Below, one piece after another: positions 27,063 to 39,161 of a stretch of 64,000 bases of DNA. Position 1 is the first letter of the stretch; the number at the start of each line of letters is the position of its first letter. Both the position numbers and the translations under genes were made by a program. Source of the stretch: Octopus sinensis (taxonomy: Eukaryota); contig NC_043005.1 in NCBI RefSeq assembly GCF_006345805.1, forward strand, positions 101,308,001 to 101,372,000. Direction: 5' to 3'. The notes under the pieces are model-generated. The model saw only the letters and a program-made list of their open reading frames with translations, was not told the origin of the DNA and did not search any database.

Positions 27063-27629
27063 TTTCAATCAACACTGCATAGTGAGTCTCTTGTTAATTA
27101 AATCCAACTTCATGAAGCTTTGCACATGTTACCAAATTTCCTATTTTCTGCTTAACTATAAGAATGGTAGTTCTTAGTGGGCAGTGAAGGACAGATGTGG
27201 TGTCCGTGGCTGATGAAGCACAATAATGCAGAAACATGTATTCTACAATCTGATGTTGCCATTCATGGGCCAGTGACGAATTTTCCCCCAAAACCTTGTC
27301 GATAAGAATTTCTCTCCAGAGACGATCTCCACAATGAAAGTTTCTCCATGTTTAAGTGTACCCAAACCGGTTTGATATAACAGTATAGCCATATATTTCA
27401 ATCAACGCTTTTAGTGTGCCTTTAGCAACCACTCGCACTCCCCTTGTTTTAAAAAATTTTGGGAGAAACAACTTTGAACTTTTGAAAGCTGTTTGTTACT
27501 CTGAATTTTTTGCCATTTACCACTACTCTCTCTTCATAAACATACAAATATTTAATGCATACATGCGTGTTTGCGTGTGTGTGCGTGCATGCGTGTGTGT
27601 GTACATGTGTGTGTGTGTGTATGTGTGTG

Positions 27630-27683
<54 letters not shown>

Positions 27684-28479
27684 TGTGTGTACGTGTATAC
27701 ATATATACTCTTGCATCAGCCAACCAAAATGCAACAAATTGAATTAGATAAAAATATTATTTCACAAAAAGACTCACATTATACGACAAACTAAATTTTG
27801 ATAAAATCACTTTTTTGATACGATTGAAAACAGCAAAAACTGGTAAAAATTTTATGTAAAATTTGTTTTCTATAGAAAAATAGAAAAAAATGAGATTCAC
27901 TTTTAATAGACCTCTGTGCATTTCCACCTGTTTCTTTTTATTGATTGTCTTTCATATTTCTGCATGCAGAAACACACACACGCATACCTATATATATATA
28001 TATAGCATCATCATCATCTTCATTTAACGTCCATTTTCTATGCTGGCATGGGTTGGACGATTTGACTGAAAACTGGTAACCTGGAGAGCTGCACCAGGTT
28101 CCAATCCAATTTGGCATGGTTTCTACACTCGGATGCTCTTCCTAATGCCAACCACTCCAAGAGTGTTGTGAGTGCATTTCACATGTTACCAGAACAGGTG
28201 CCAGTTATGCAGCACTGGCATCAACCACGGCTATGATCTCACTTGGCTGGACAGATCTTCTCAAGCACAGTATATCATCGAAGGTCTCAAACATTTATCA
28301 CTGCCTCCAAGTGGTCGGGACCTTTACATATATATATATATACATATATTTATTGGAAGGTTTGGAGATGATGTACAGGTATTATATATTAGAAGAAATG
28401 AGGTAATCAGAAGATCGGATGGTTTATATTTACAGATATTTATTTATATATTACATTTTTTATATATATATCATATCAC

Positions 28480-28504
28480 TATATACACATATACACATAT
28501 ACAT

Positions 28505-28535
<31 letters not shown>

Positions 28536-28950
28536 CATACGTATATACATATATACATACGTATATACATATATACATACATATATACATATATACATAC
28601 GTATATACATACATACATATATACATACGTATATACATACATACATATATACATACATATATACATACATACATATATACATACATATATACATATATAT
28701 ATACATATATATATACATATATATACATATATATGCATATATATATACATATATATACATATATATGCATATATATACATATATACGCATATATATACAT
28801 ATATACACATATATATACATATACACATATATATATACATATATACACATATATATACATATATATACATATATACACATATATATACATATATACACAT
28901 ATATATACATATATACACATATATATATATATATACATACACATACAAAC
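28480..28950. repeat. Long compound (TATACA/TA)n microsatellite
   Basis: Seen directly; similar tracts at 39560-40065, 57706-57915, 59424-59948 and 60160-60445. Confidence 0.95.
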
Positions 28951-29791
28951 ATATAAAATAAATATTAAGTACAGGACATCACCACTGAGTGAAAAATACA
29001 TAATCACCCGAGAGGTAAGCAGTATAGGATAAAATATCAAAAGAAGATAACTCGCTTGTCAGTTGTCGACTGTTTTACTCCTCCCCATTTCATGCTTTTA
29101 ATGACAAGACAGGAAAACGTCATACGAGAGCAAGATCCATCGAAAAAGTTTAAGAATGCAAAATTTGTGGAGAGTCAGGGCTTCAAATAAACAAACAACA
29201 ACAGAGTGGATGTACAAAGTAAACAATCGATGAAGACAAACATTAAGGGCGGTTAAGCCAAAACGAATTGTAGTGGGTAACGCCTGGGAGAAATTTTTAA
29301 CACTACCAAATATGACTGTTTTTGAACTAATACCTTTCTGTGTATGTATATACAGAAACTTCCAAACAAACAGGATTTTTAATGGAATCCTAATATATTC
29401 TTTTGAAACTTTGTTTCGTATTTTCTGAAGATATTTCTTTGCAAACTGTTTTTAACATTTTCTTTTTATTATCAAATGTATTGTAATATTTTGTGACAAC
29501 CAGTACTTAACACAACAAAGCTTTTACAAAGCTTTACATTTTACTTTTGACAATCTTTTTCTAAAAAAAGTGAAACCGGTCAAGTGAATAAACATCTTTA
29601 AAATTGCATTTTCAAACCTTCTTTCATATATATTTCCACTCGTACGGTACCTTACAATTTCACTTTGCTATATATATATATATATATAACCAAGACATTT
29701 GAAATTTTATTCCCGATGTAATCAGTAAGACTAAGCACGTGTCTGTCTTGACACAGTGAGCTGGGGTTAGTCTTGCGGTTTGCATCTCAAG

Positions 29792-29878
29792 GACCGAATG
29801 TACTGAAGAAGTCACGGACACTTCAATTATGCAAGTAATTCTTTTGTTAAGACCGAAACCGAGGTATGCATTTAAGTC
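29792..29878 (+). ncRNA. Type I hammerhead ribozyme motif, copy 1
   Basis: Stem I gaatgta/tgcattt, core CTGAAGA (29803-09), long stem II, GAAA (29855-58), stem III cc-ga-gg, GUA triplet with predicted cut after 29866. Confidence 0.65.
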
Positions 29879-30337
29879 TGTTTTTTATTTAATTTTTCAT
29901 ATGTCCTGCCCGCCAAATTTGGTTCTGGTGTTCGCTGAATTCTTCCTCTAGAGAATTTCCCTTGTAGTTTGATCGTTTATGATCTATTTCTAGCATTCTG
30001 GCCGGCTACCTAGCAGGCCAGCCCTGCCAATATACACATATATTTGAATTTTCTCTGACTCCTCAGATTTTTTGAATGCTGGACTACTGGTTTTAAATTG
30101 ATATTAAAATTAATATTAATTTATCTCCCTCAATTTTTAAATATTTAAATAAATACGTTCCCTAGTAGTAAGCTTTACCCGCAGTGAATTATTCACTGCA
30201 GCCCTTCGCTTCAGGAGTCTCTTAGCGCGCCGGAACCAAGACATTTGAAATTTTATTCCCGATGTAATCAGTAAGACTAAGCACGTGTCTGTCTTGACAC
30301 AGTTAGCTGGGGTTAGTCTTGCGGTTTGCATCTCGAG

Positions 30338-30424
30338 GACCGAATGTACTGAAGAAGTCACGGACACTTGAATTACGCAAGTAATTCTTTTGTTAAGACC
30401 GAAACCGAGGTATGCATTTAAGTC
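30338..30424 (+). ncRNA. Type I hammerhead ribozyme motif, copy 2
   Basis: As copy 1. Stem II is capped by a perfect gaattac-GCAA-gtaattc GNRA hairpin; predicted cut after 30412. Confidence 0.7.
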
Positions 30425-30604
30425 TGTTTTTTATTTAATTTTTCATATGTCCTGCCCGCCAAATTTGGTTCTGGTGTTCGCTGAATTCTTCCTCTAGAGA
30501 ATTTCCCTTGTAGTTTGATCGTTTATGATCTATTTCTAGCATTCTGGCCGGCTACCTAGCAGGCCAGCCCTGCCAATATATACATATATATATATATATA
30601 TATA

Positions 30605-30866
30605 TCATCATCCTTAAATGCTTTTATGTTCATCATCATGCTTTTATGTTCCACCACAAATGCATTTTACAGAACTCTGGTAGATCAATCATCACTGGAA
30701 GGGGTCCGGTCTTGACTTTTCTGCTGCAAAATACAGGTCTTCTTCAGTACAGTAAAGTGTCAGGCATCTCAGTTCTTTGTCATCTATCTGTCTGTCTGTC
30801 GATCTATCTATATCTATCATCATCATCATCGTTTAACGTCCACTTTCCATGCTACACACACACACG

Positions 30867-30909
<43 letters not shown>

Positions 30910-31200
30910 TATATCATCATCCTTAAATGCTTTTATGTTCATCATCATGCTTTTATGTTCCACCACAAATGCATTTTACAGAACTCTGGTAGATCAATCA
31001 TCACTGGAAGGGGTCCGGTCTTGACTTTTCTGCTGCAAAATACAGGTCTTCTTCAGTACAGTAAAGTGTCAGGCATCTCAGTTCTTTGTCATCTATCTGT
31101 CTGTCTGTCTGTCTATCTATCTATATCTATCATCATCATCATCGTTTAACGTCCACTTTCCATGCTACACACACACACGCACATATATATATATATATAT
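30605..31200. repeat. 309-bp near-identical tandem duplication bounded by (TA)n
   Basis: 30605 onward equals 30914 onward; ORFs 30646 and 30955 have identical N-termini. Confidence 0.9.
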
Positions 31201-32458
31201 ATACATACATACATATACACACATACATTCACAAATCTGAATGAATGATGGATATATACATATGCATACATTTAGGCACACACATACAGATATATCAAAC
31301 ATTCAAATGAAGATGGAGATTTATACTGTTCTTTCCCTTTTTTTTTTTTCAAATGAAAGCCGAAGAATCTGGTCTTCATATGTAAGCTTAATGTAAGCTG
31401 GTGAGTTTGCAGAATCGTTGGCACACCAAGGAAAATGCTTAGTGGCATTTCGTATATCTTTACATTCTCAGTTCAAATTCCACCAAGGTTGGCTTTGCAG
31501 GGTTGATAAAATAAGTACCAGTTGAATACTGGAGTTGATGTAATCAATTTACCTCCTCTCCCAAAGTTGTTGGCCTTGTGCCAAAATTTGAAATCAGTCG
31601 GTAAATAAGGTAAACAACAGGAACTGATAAAGTAGACGTTACCTGTGTAATGACAACGACCTGAAACTGGTTTTATATCTCATTTTAATTACAGAGTAAA
31701 CGAGTTGTTATTTCAGCAAATATAGCCTTGCCAATTTCCAATTACTTGTCAATAACTCCCATCTCCCAGCAATGAAGCTAAAAGTCGTTAACCCTTCGTT
31801 ACCATATTTCTAGTGTAATATACATCATTTCGGTGTTTCAATTAATTTAGAAAATAATCCAGAATTCAGAGGGATTTAGGAAAATATCTCAATAAGTTGC
31901 TGTTTACAACATAACAGAAGGTTCTTAGAAGAATTATGATAACAGGTTTTAATTATCATCATCATCATCGTTTAACGTCCACTTTCCATGCTAGCATGGG
32001 TTGGACGGTTCAACTGGGGTCTGGGAAGCCAGGAGGCTGCACCAGGCCCAGTCTGATCTGGCAGAGTTTCTACAGCTGGATGCCCTTCCTAACACCAACC
32101 ACTTTGAGAGTGTAGTGGGTGCTTTTTACGTGCTACCGGCACAGGTACCAGACAAGGCTGGCAAAAGGCCACAATTGGATGGTGCTTTTTACATGCCACC
32201 GGCACGGATATAATATGAACAATTTTAAATGAGAGATTTTCTGTCAGGTTAGTAGGGGAAGCGTTAATGAAATACTCTGCAAAATATCAAAATATAGAAT
32301 TCTCCACATAAATTCATGTTTTTAAAGACCTTAGCAATATGCTGATGTTTCATATGGCATAGTAACATATCATAAAAAACTGAGTGAATGTCATTTACTC
32401 TGTAGTCTAACTATGGTCATTAGATCTTAATTATGAGATAATAATCTTTTTTGGATTA

Positions 32459-32980
32459 CCGTAAATCCTCGAGTATAATCAGCATTTTTTTCCCAAAATT
32501 TAAAGGTCAAAATCCCTAGTGCATATTATATACGAGGTTAAAAATGAAAAACATTTTCTAAGCAATGTCCGAGTCTCTATTTGCTGTCCAGCAATGTTTA
32601 CTCAGAGGCATTTTGTGATGTCGGGCGTGAAAATACCTTAAGCTAAGCCTGAAAGCAATGAAGTCATAAAGAGATCATCCATAACTTGCAGTAAACAACA
32701 TTTATTAAAATGAAAGTATCCAGAACACAGAATAACCTGTAACAAAAACAATTTGCAAACATATTTACATTCCCATATAACAGTTAAGAACATCACCATT
32801 ATTGTATTACGCATGCACGGAAGTGTTTGTTCAACTAGGTGCTGCTGGCTTAATTACGCACGACTCAGATTAGAGAAGGGGTGCGTATTATACACAAGGT
32901 TTAGGTTTTTCAGAAGTACAGCCCCCTAAAAATCCCCTGCATATTATACTCAAGGGCAGACTATACTTGAGGATTTACGG
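32459..32980. mobile_element. TcMar (Tc2/pogo-like) non-autonomous DNA transposon
   Basis: TA-ccgtaaatcctcgagtata ... tatacttgaggatttacgg-TA. An inverted copy of its left ~110 bp lies at 34068-34175. Confidence 0.85.
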
Positions 32981-33003
32981 TATCCTGTGTGCAAAAACCC
33001 ATC

Positions 33004-33353
33004 AAGGAAAACTGGGATGCTGAAGTGCACTGGCGCCTGAACTGCCAGAAATCAAACTGCTTGGAAAATGATCTCCAGACGATGTGCAGGTTAACGATAT
33101 CAGTTTGACTGATTACATTGCAGTGAAAGAAAAATATTCTGAATATTTACCCCATAGTGCTGGCAGATACCAATTGGAAAGGTTCCGTAAGGCTCAGTGT
33201 CCAATTGTTGAGAGATTGGTTTGTTCTCTTATGATGCATGGATGTAATAATGGCAAGAAACTGATGACAATGCATGTAGTAAAGCATGCTTTTGAAATCA
33301 TTAATTTACTTGCAGGAGATAATCCGCTGCAGGTGTTGGTAGTAGCAATTATA
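33004..33353 (+). pseudogene. RPS5: Processed pseudogene of 40S ribosomal protein S5 (uS7), 3'-truncated
   Basis: [102 protein letters not shown]. Intronless, Trp codon changed to TGA, probable ATG>AAG start loss, and it ends before NSGPREDSTRIG. Confidence 0.93.
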
Positions 33354-33417
33354 GACAAACTGTTCCAAAATTTTTGACTTTGATACTTAGTACCGTTTCA
33401 TTGAGGGCCAGTGCTTA

Positions 33418-33741
33418 AGTACTGACACTCCATCGATTATCACAATGAGGATTCCATTCGATCCGGTCAATGGAACAGCCTGCTCATGAAATTAACGTGC
33501 AAGTGGCTGAGCACCCCACAGAAACGTGTACCCTTAATGTTGTTCTCAGGGAGATTCAGCATGACACAGAGTGTTTCAAGGCCGGCCCTTTGAAATAGGG
33601 GTACTATTCATTTTGGCCAGCTGAATGGACTGGAGCAATGGGAAATAAAGTGTCTTGCTTAAGGACACAACACATCGCCAGGAATTGAACTCTCAACCTT
33701 ACGATCATGAGCCGAACACCCTTACCACTAAGCCATGCACC
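33418..33741 (-). mobile_element. tRNA-derived SINE family D
   Basis: Head ggtgcatggcttagtggtaagggtg..gagttcaattcc, then gttgtgtccttaagcaagacactt. Confidence 0.8.
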
Positions 33742-34857
33742 TAAGGTAATTAAGCCACATGCTAGAGTATTTAGTACCTTAAGCCAGTCCTACAAAGTGT
33801 GTCCCCTTTTCCTACTTATGACTAACAAGTGAAAAACAACCACAAGTAATTGCTTATATTATATGACATACAATGGATCTGCGAGTGAGGGTTCAATTTT
33901 CAGCAAATGCTAAAACATTATTCAAATTACTTTTATCTTTTTCATGCTTCAGTCAACAGACTGTGGCCATGCTGTGGCAGAGCTTTGAAAGACTTAGTCA
34001 AACAATTTAACTCCAGGATTTTTATTTTCATTTTTATTCAAGTCTGCTACTTATTTTATTGGTCTCCTTTGCTAAGGAAATATTTTTCATTTTTAACCTT
34101 GTATAGAGTACACACTAGGGAGTTTGACCTTTAAATTTTGGGGAAAAAATGTGGATTGTACTTGAGGATTTACGGTATTTCTACATCCCAGTGAATCATG
34201 CATCCTTCCATCCATCCGTACATACATACATACATACATACATACATACATACATACATAAACACCTGAATATACGTACATACATGTATACTCACTTAAA
34301 TGCATTCGTACATAAATACATACATACATACGTTCATGACAGGCTTATGTCAGTTTCCATTTTTCAAATCGAACTCACAGGGCTTTGGTTGGGCCAAGGC
34401 TATAGTAGATGACACTTGCCCAAGGTGTCATGCAGTGGGACTGAACCTGAGAGCATGTGGTTGGTAAATAAACTTCTTACTAAACACCCACTCTTGCACT
34501 TACAATAAATCTCTGTCAACACACATGAATAGAGAGGCTGAGTTTAAAATATTACACTTTGAACAAGCAAAGCAGCTATTTCTGAAATTTCTATAAGAGA
34601 TGCATGTGGTAACTCTAATGAAAAGTAATGCTTGTTGCCACTTCAACATGGCCACTCAGTACAGAAGAATGTTACTACTATTTTTTAAGCCCAGGAGAAC
34701 ATCTCCAACTGGTTAACAGCACAACTTGTGTCCGATATGTTGCATGCAGGGGAGTGAACCCCCACATCTAGCAATTTTTATTTATTTATCTACATTTTTT
34801 GAAAATTCGCTATTTGTAGTTATGTTAAGAAATTTTGCTTAAGTTGTTCTGAATTTG

Positions 34858-35023
34858 TGGTGCAGGAGTGGCTGTGTGGTAAGTAGCTTGCTTACCAACC
34901 ACATGCTTCCAGGTTCATTCCCACTGCGTGGCACCTTGGGCAAGTGTCTTCTACTATAGACTTGGGCCGACAAAAGCTTTATGAGTGGATATGGTAGATG
35001 GAAACTGAAAGAAGCCCGTCGTA

Positions 35024-35065
<42 letters not shown>

Positions 35066-35281
35066 CATATGTTTGTGTATCTGTGTTTGTCCCCCCAACA
35101 TCGCTTGACAACCAAAGGTGGTGTGTTTACACCCCTGTAACTTACCAGTTCAGCAAAAGAGATTGATAGAATAAGTACTAGGATTACAAAGAATAAGTCC
35201 TGGGGTTGATTTACTTGACTAAAGGCGGTGCTCCAGCATGGTCGCTGTCAAATGACTGAAACAAGTAAAAGAGTAAAAGAG
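34858..35281 (+). mobile_element. Family A SINE, full length
   Basis: Consensus match; tail (gtaaaaga)n. Confidence 0.9.
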
Positions 35282-35667
35282 TACCTACAGATTTTAGCAG
35301 AGTAGACAACTGCCAGGTCTATCTAAAGCATGGCACTGGCCCTGATTTTATAAATGGTAAAAACATCTGATGAGAGATCAAACAACAGAAGCACATTTGC
35401 TCATTCTTCAATAGAGTGAAACCAAAAGCTAAGATTACTCTTTTACTCTCTTTTACTTGTTTCAGTCATGTGACTGTGGCCATTCTGGAGCATCACCTTT
35501 AGTCAAGCAAATCGACCCCAGGACTTATTCTTTGTAAGCCTAGTACTCATTCTATTGGTCTCTTTTGCCAAACTGGAACATAAACACACCAGCATCAGTT
35601 GTCAAGGGATGTTGTGGGGACAAACACAGACACACAAACGTATACACACATACACACACACACACAC

Positions 35668-35704
<37 letters not shown>

Positions 35705-35706
<2 letters not shown>

Positions 35707-35967
35707 GGAAAATAGTTTTGTCTGTGGCAGATGCTCAGGAGCAATAAACACTGAAAATGTGCAGAGACCAACTTCTTCCACGTTCCATGGAGAAAAACTA
35801 GAAGTAGTTGATAGCTTCCGCTACCTAGGTGATCAAGTCAGTAGCGGGGGTGGGTGTGCTGAAAGTGTAACTGCTAGAGTAAGAATAGCCTGGGCAAAGT
35901 TTAGAGAGCTCTTACCCCAGCTGGTGACAAAAGGCCTCTCGCTCAGAGTAAAAGGCAGACTGTATGA
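35705..35967 (+). mobile_element. RTE-clade LINE ORF2 internal fragment (post-RT region)
   Basis: SFVCGRCSG..GEKLEVVDSFRYLGDQVSSGGGCAESVTARVRIAWAKFRELLPQLVTKGLSLRVKGRLY, with no stops. Confidence 0.85.
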
Positions 35968-36211
35968 GGAATCTTGGGGTTAGTAGCCCCTGCTCTTAAC
36001 CACAGGCTACTAACCCCAAGATTCCGAGTTTGATACCAAGCATTGACCTGAATAATAATAATAATAATAACATTGAAAAATACCTTAGGAATGAGAACCC
36101 AGGTTTGAAATTTCCCCGAGACACCTGATGAAGGCTGGAGGGTATATCAGCCGAAACGTTGTATTAACAACAAATAAGATGAGGACAAATATCTGTCAAA
36201 TGTAAATAATG
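35968..36211 (+). mobile_element. tRNA-headed short element with 5' inversion and HHR-like 3' part
   Basis: 21-bp perfect IR at 35968-88/36005-25, tRNA-like head, (AAT)n, and CTGATGA-a-ggctg..cagcc-GAAA-cg-TT at 36125-36160. Confidence 0.6.
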
Positions 36212-38740
36212 CAATTCAAAACAGTGTGAAAAAGTAGGCATTCCATTTGGCAGAGTAACCTGAATGCTGAAGGGCTGATGATTTCTAACACTGCCACAAG
36301 CCACAAATTTGTAAAGGAGGTCCACGGTTACAGGTATTGATAACGTTCATTCTCCCTTTTCTCATTAGGAAGTGCGCGACTCAGTCTATCACCTTTATAC
36401 AGTCTAGGCCTGTCGATCTTGCTAAGTTGATCCCGAATCCTCCATTCGGTCTCTTTAACTTAAACCAATGACCCTGTAGCGAACTTGACCTTACTTTTGT
36501 GGTGCACCTGAGCACTGTATACAATAATTTCATTATTATCAATATAATTGATTGCATTGATCCCAATATATAAATGGCAATTATTGACTCCAGAATAATG
36601 GAAGAAGAGATAAAATCCTTGTAAACTTTGCACTTAAGATTCTGCTTCAGATAATGAATGAGTTGTGTGTGGTTTTAAGAAAGTTCATTAAAAGAAGGAA
36701 TGGCCAACACCAGTTAGGGAGGTTGTCTGTCAACAAGGAGGTGAGGGTATCAGGGAGGCCTGACTTGGTGGCCCATGCCGGTGGGAATGGTACCATACTC
36801 TCTCTCTCCCTCGTAGGGGAAATAGAACAGAGTAGAAAAAATTGTATTTCTGACTGAAATATATTTTCGATAGATACCCCAATCCTTCTCGTTGTCTTAA
36901 AACCCATTAACATAATTGTATGCGATAGAGAGAGGGGGGAGAGGAAAGGGTGAGAGGGCATAAACAGGCGGTGGGGGATGTGTTAGTGATCGTAATCTAG
37001 CAATAATAGCAATAATGATAATTTATTTTATCGACTGAAAAAGAGAAATTCCTCACACAACGTCACAACTAAGCAGAATGCAGTAGCAAGTGAGTTACCT
37101 CCCTTGGATAGCGATATCTATTTGCGGCATTTTCTAGCAAATCAGATTAAGCAATTTAAAATAAAAACAACGCGAAAGGCCAAAGGCATAGATTCTCTGA
37201 TTATTGATTGCAATTACTGCAGTGGGTACTACAGTGAGTCTTGGTATTTTCTAGTAATTGAGATATGAAAACCAAGTAGCAATTTATTGCTACTGACAAG
37301 AGCAGCTCACTTTAAATTAATGCCTGGCCAAAATCTGTCTATTTCACACAGAGGCAGGCTTTTATTAAACTGACAATTGATAAATCTAGAAGAATTTAGA
37401 ATTAATTTCTTTGTTTCCCAAGTAGTTTTCCCAGTTTATGCAAAGTGTTCGATTTTCTTGGTTGTAAACAAACTCTTCATAATGCCATGTCAGAGCCGTT
37501 ACTGACTGACAACCGGTTCGTTAGCCAATGGCTATGCTGACGACGGATGAGATGATGGAGGTTTAATTATTCAGTCGATTACTTATGGGAAACAGACGGG
37601 AAAGAAAAATAGATTTAACAACAGAAATTAGCATAAATATCATTAATTTTTGAATATTGAATTCTCTGTGGAGATCTGGTGAAGATGGATATGAAATAAT
37701 TGCTACTTGTCAGTTGATCTCTGAAGTTCTCTTGGCATAGTCCTCTCTTCCAAGTCTTCTATGTTTCAACACAAAAATATCTACCATCCTTTATACACTG
37801 TACTTCATACAAAATTCTCAATCTAGGTTACCCATATATCTATATCTGATATTATTCTTTTTTTTTTCTTCTTTTTTTTCTTTTTTCTTTTGCATCTTTG
37901 TATCTTAGACACTAAACATTTTTCATTTCAACACTTTTTTTTCAGGTCTACTGAAAATCTCAAATGACTTTCCCTACCTCTTTGCAACCAAAGAAGCATC
38001 AACAAGAAATAACAGCCAAATCCTGCTCAACTCACATCCCATATATTTTTGGCTTCTCTTTGCACCCATTAAAACTAAATGGTAAAATTGAAATATTTAC
38101 CAAGAGTCCATTATAATAATAATAACGAAATTATTGTATACAGTGCTCAGGTACACCACAATGCTCAGGTGCACATTTTGCGAGAAAGAAAGAAAAAAAT
38201 GAAAGGATACATTAGATAATGTAGTCCAAAGTATACAGTGCATAGAGCAGAGGGGGGAGCACAGGGCCATGGCTGGAATGGCTTTGATTAAGGGTCCATT
38301 CAATCAAGACTGCTATGTAACTAAACAGCAGCAACTTACAATATTTCAATTACCCAGAGAAAGAAGAATAGCTTTGTAGTAATAAAAGAAGCAGCTAAAT
38401 AACATACAAAAACCATTTTTTATCTTTGAAATAAAAACCAATAAAGCTGAGGTGAAAAACCTAAGAACATTTCCCAGATGCAGATGGCAGTGTCACCATT
38501 ACAACTTTAAACAGATTGACACTGATCAACTGTACGTACTCTATATGAAAGAGAGTACATTGTCATTCGGTCTTCAATTTGTGAATTCATTGCTGCTCCT
38601 CGACAATAGCAACTAGACAGTGTAATCAATAAGTTGTTATTGAACCTTAATCAGTATTTGTTTTTTCCAATTACCTCACTCCTACATAAAACTCTACGTC
38701 TGATACGTAAGACACACAACTACTATTTCCCATTCAATTA

Positions 38741-39161
38741 CCCTTACTCTCTTTTACTTGTTTCAGTCATTTGACTGTGGCCATGCTGGAGCACCGCCTT
38801 TAGTCAAGTAAATCAACCCCGGGACTTATTCTTTGTAAGCCCAGTACTTATTCTATCGGTCTCTTTTGCCGAACCGCTAAGTGACGGGGACATAAACACA
38901 CCAGCATTGGTTGTCAAGCAATGCTAGGGGGACAAAGACAGACACACAAACATATACACATACACACACACACACATATATATATATACATATATCTGAC
39001 GGGCTTCTTTCAGTTTCCATCTACCAAATCCACTCAGAAGATTTTGGTCGGCCCGAGGCTATAGTAGAAGACACTTGCCCATGGTGCCACGCAATGGGAT
39101 TGAACCCGGAACCATGTGGTTGGTAAACAAGCTACTTATCACACAGCCACTCCTACGCCTA
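38741..39161 (-). mobile_element. Family A SINE with 88-bp flanking direct repeat
   Basis: 38653-38740 is repeated at 39162-39249. Confidence 0.9.

Larger units (their letters stand above)
29688..30578 (+). mobile_element. Partial tandem (546-bp period) of a structured, HHR-bearing Penelope-like/retrozyme-like element
   Basis: 29688-30032 is repeated at 30234-30578 with about 4 differences and is flanked by (TA)n. Each copy carries a hammerhead motif. Confidence 0.7.

Noticed and set aside
28172-29040. Long ORFs of [12 protein letters not shown] type (also 39.5 kb, 57.6 kb, 59.4-60.5 kb)
   Set aside because: Translations of (TA)n/(CA)n microsatellites that lack stop codons; no protein signal.
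28350-29670. Possible Penelope-like fragments around the long microsatellite
   Set aside because: They look repeat-derived, but I could not recover RT or GIY-YIG motifs or a ribozyme fold, so they are left uncalled.
33084-33377. ORF as a functional RPS5 exon
   Set aside because: In-frame stop upstream, lost start, substitutions at conserved residues and abrupt loss of homology indicate a pseudogene.
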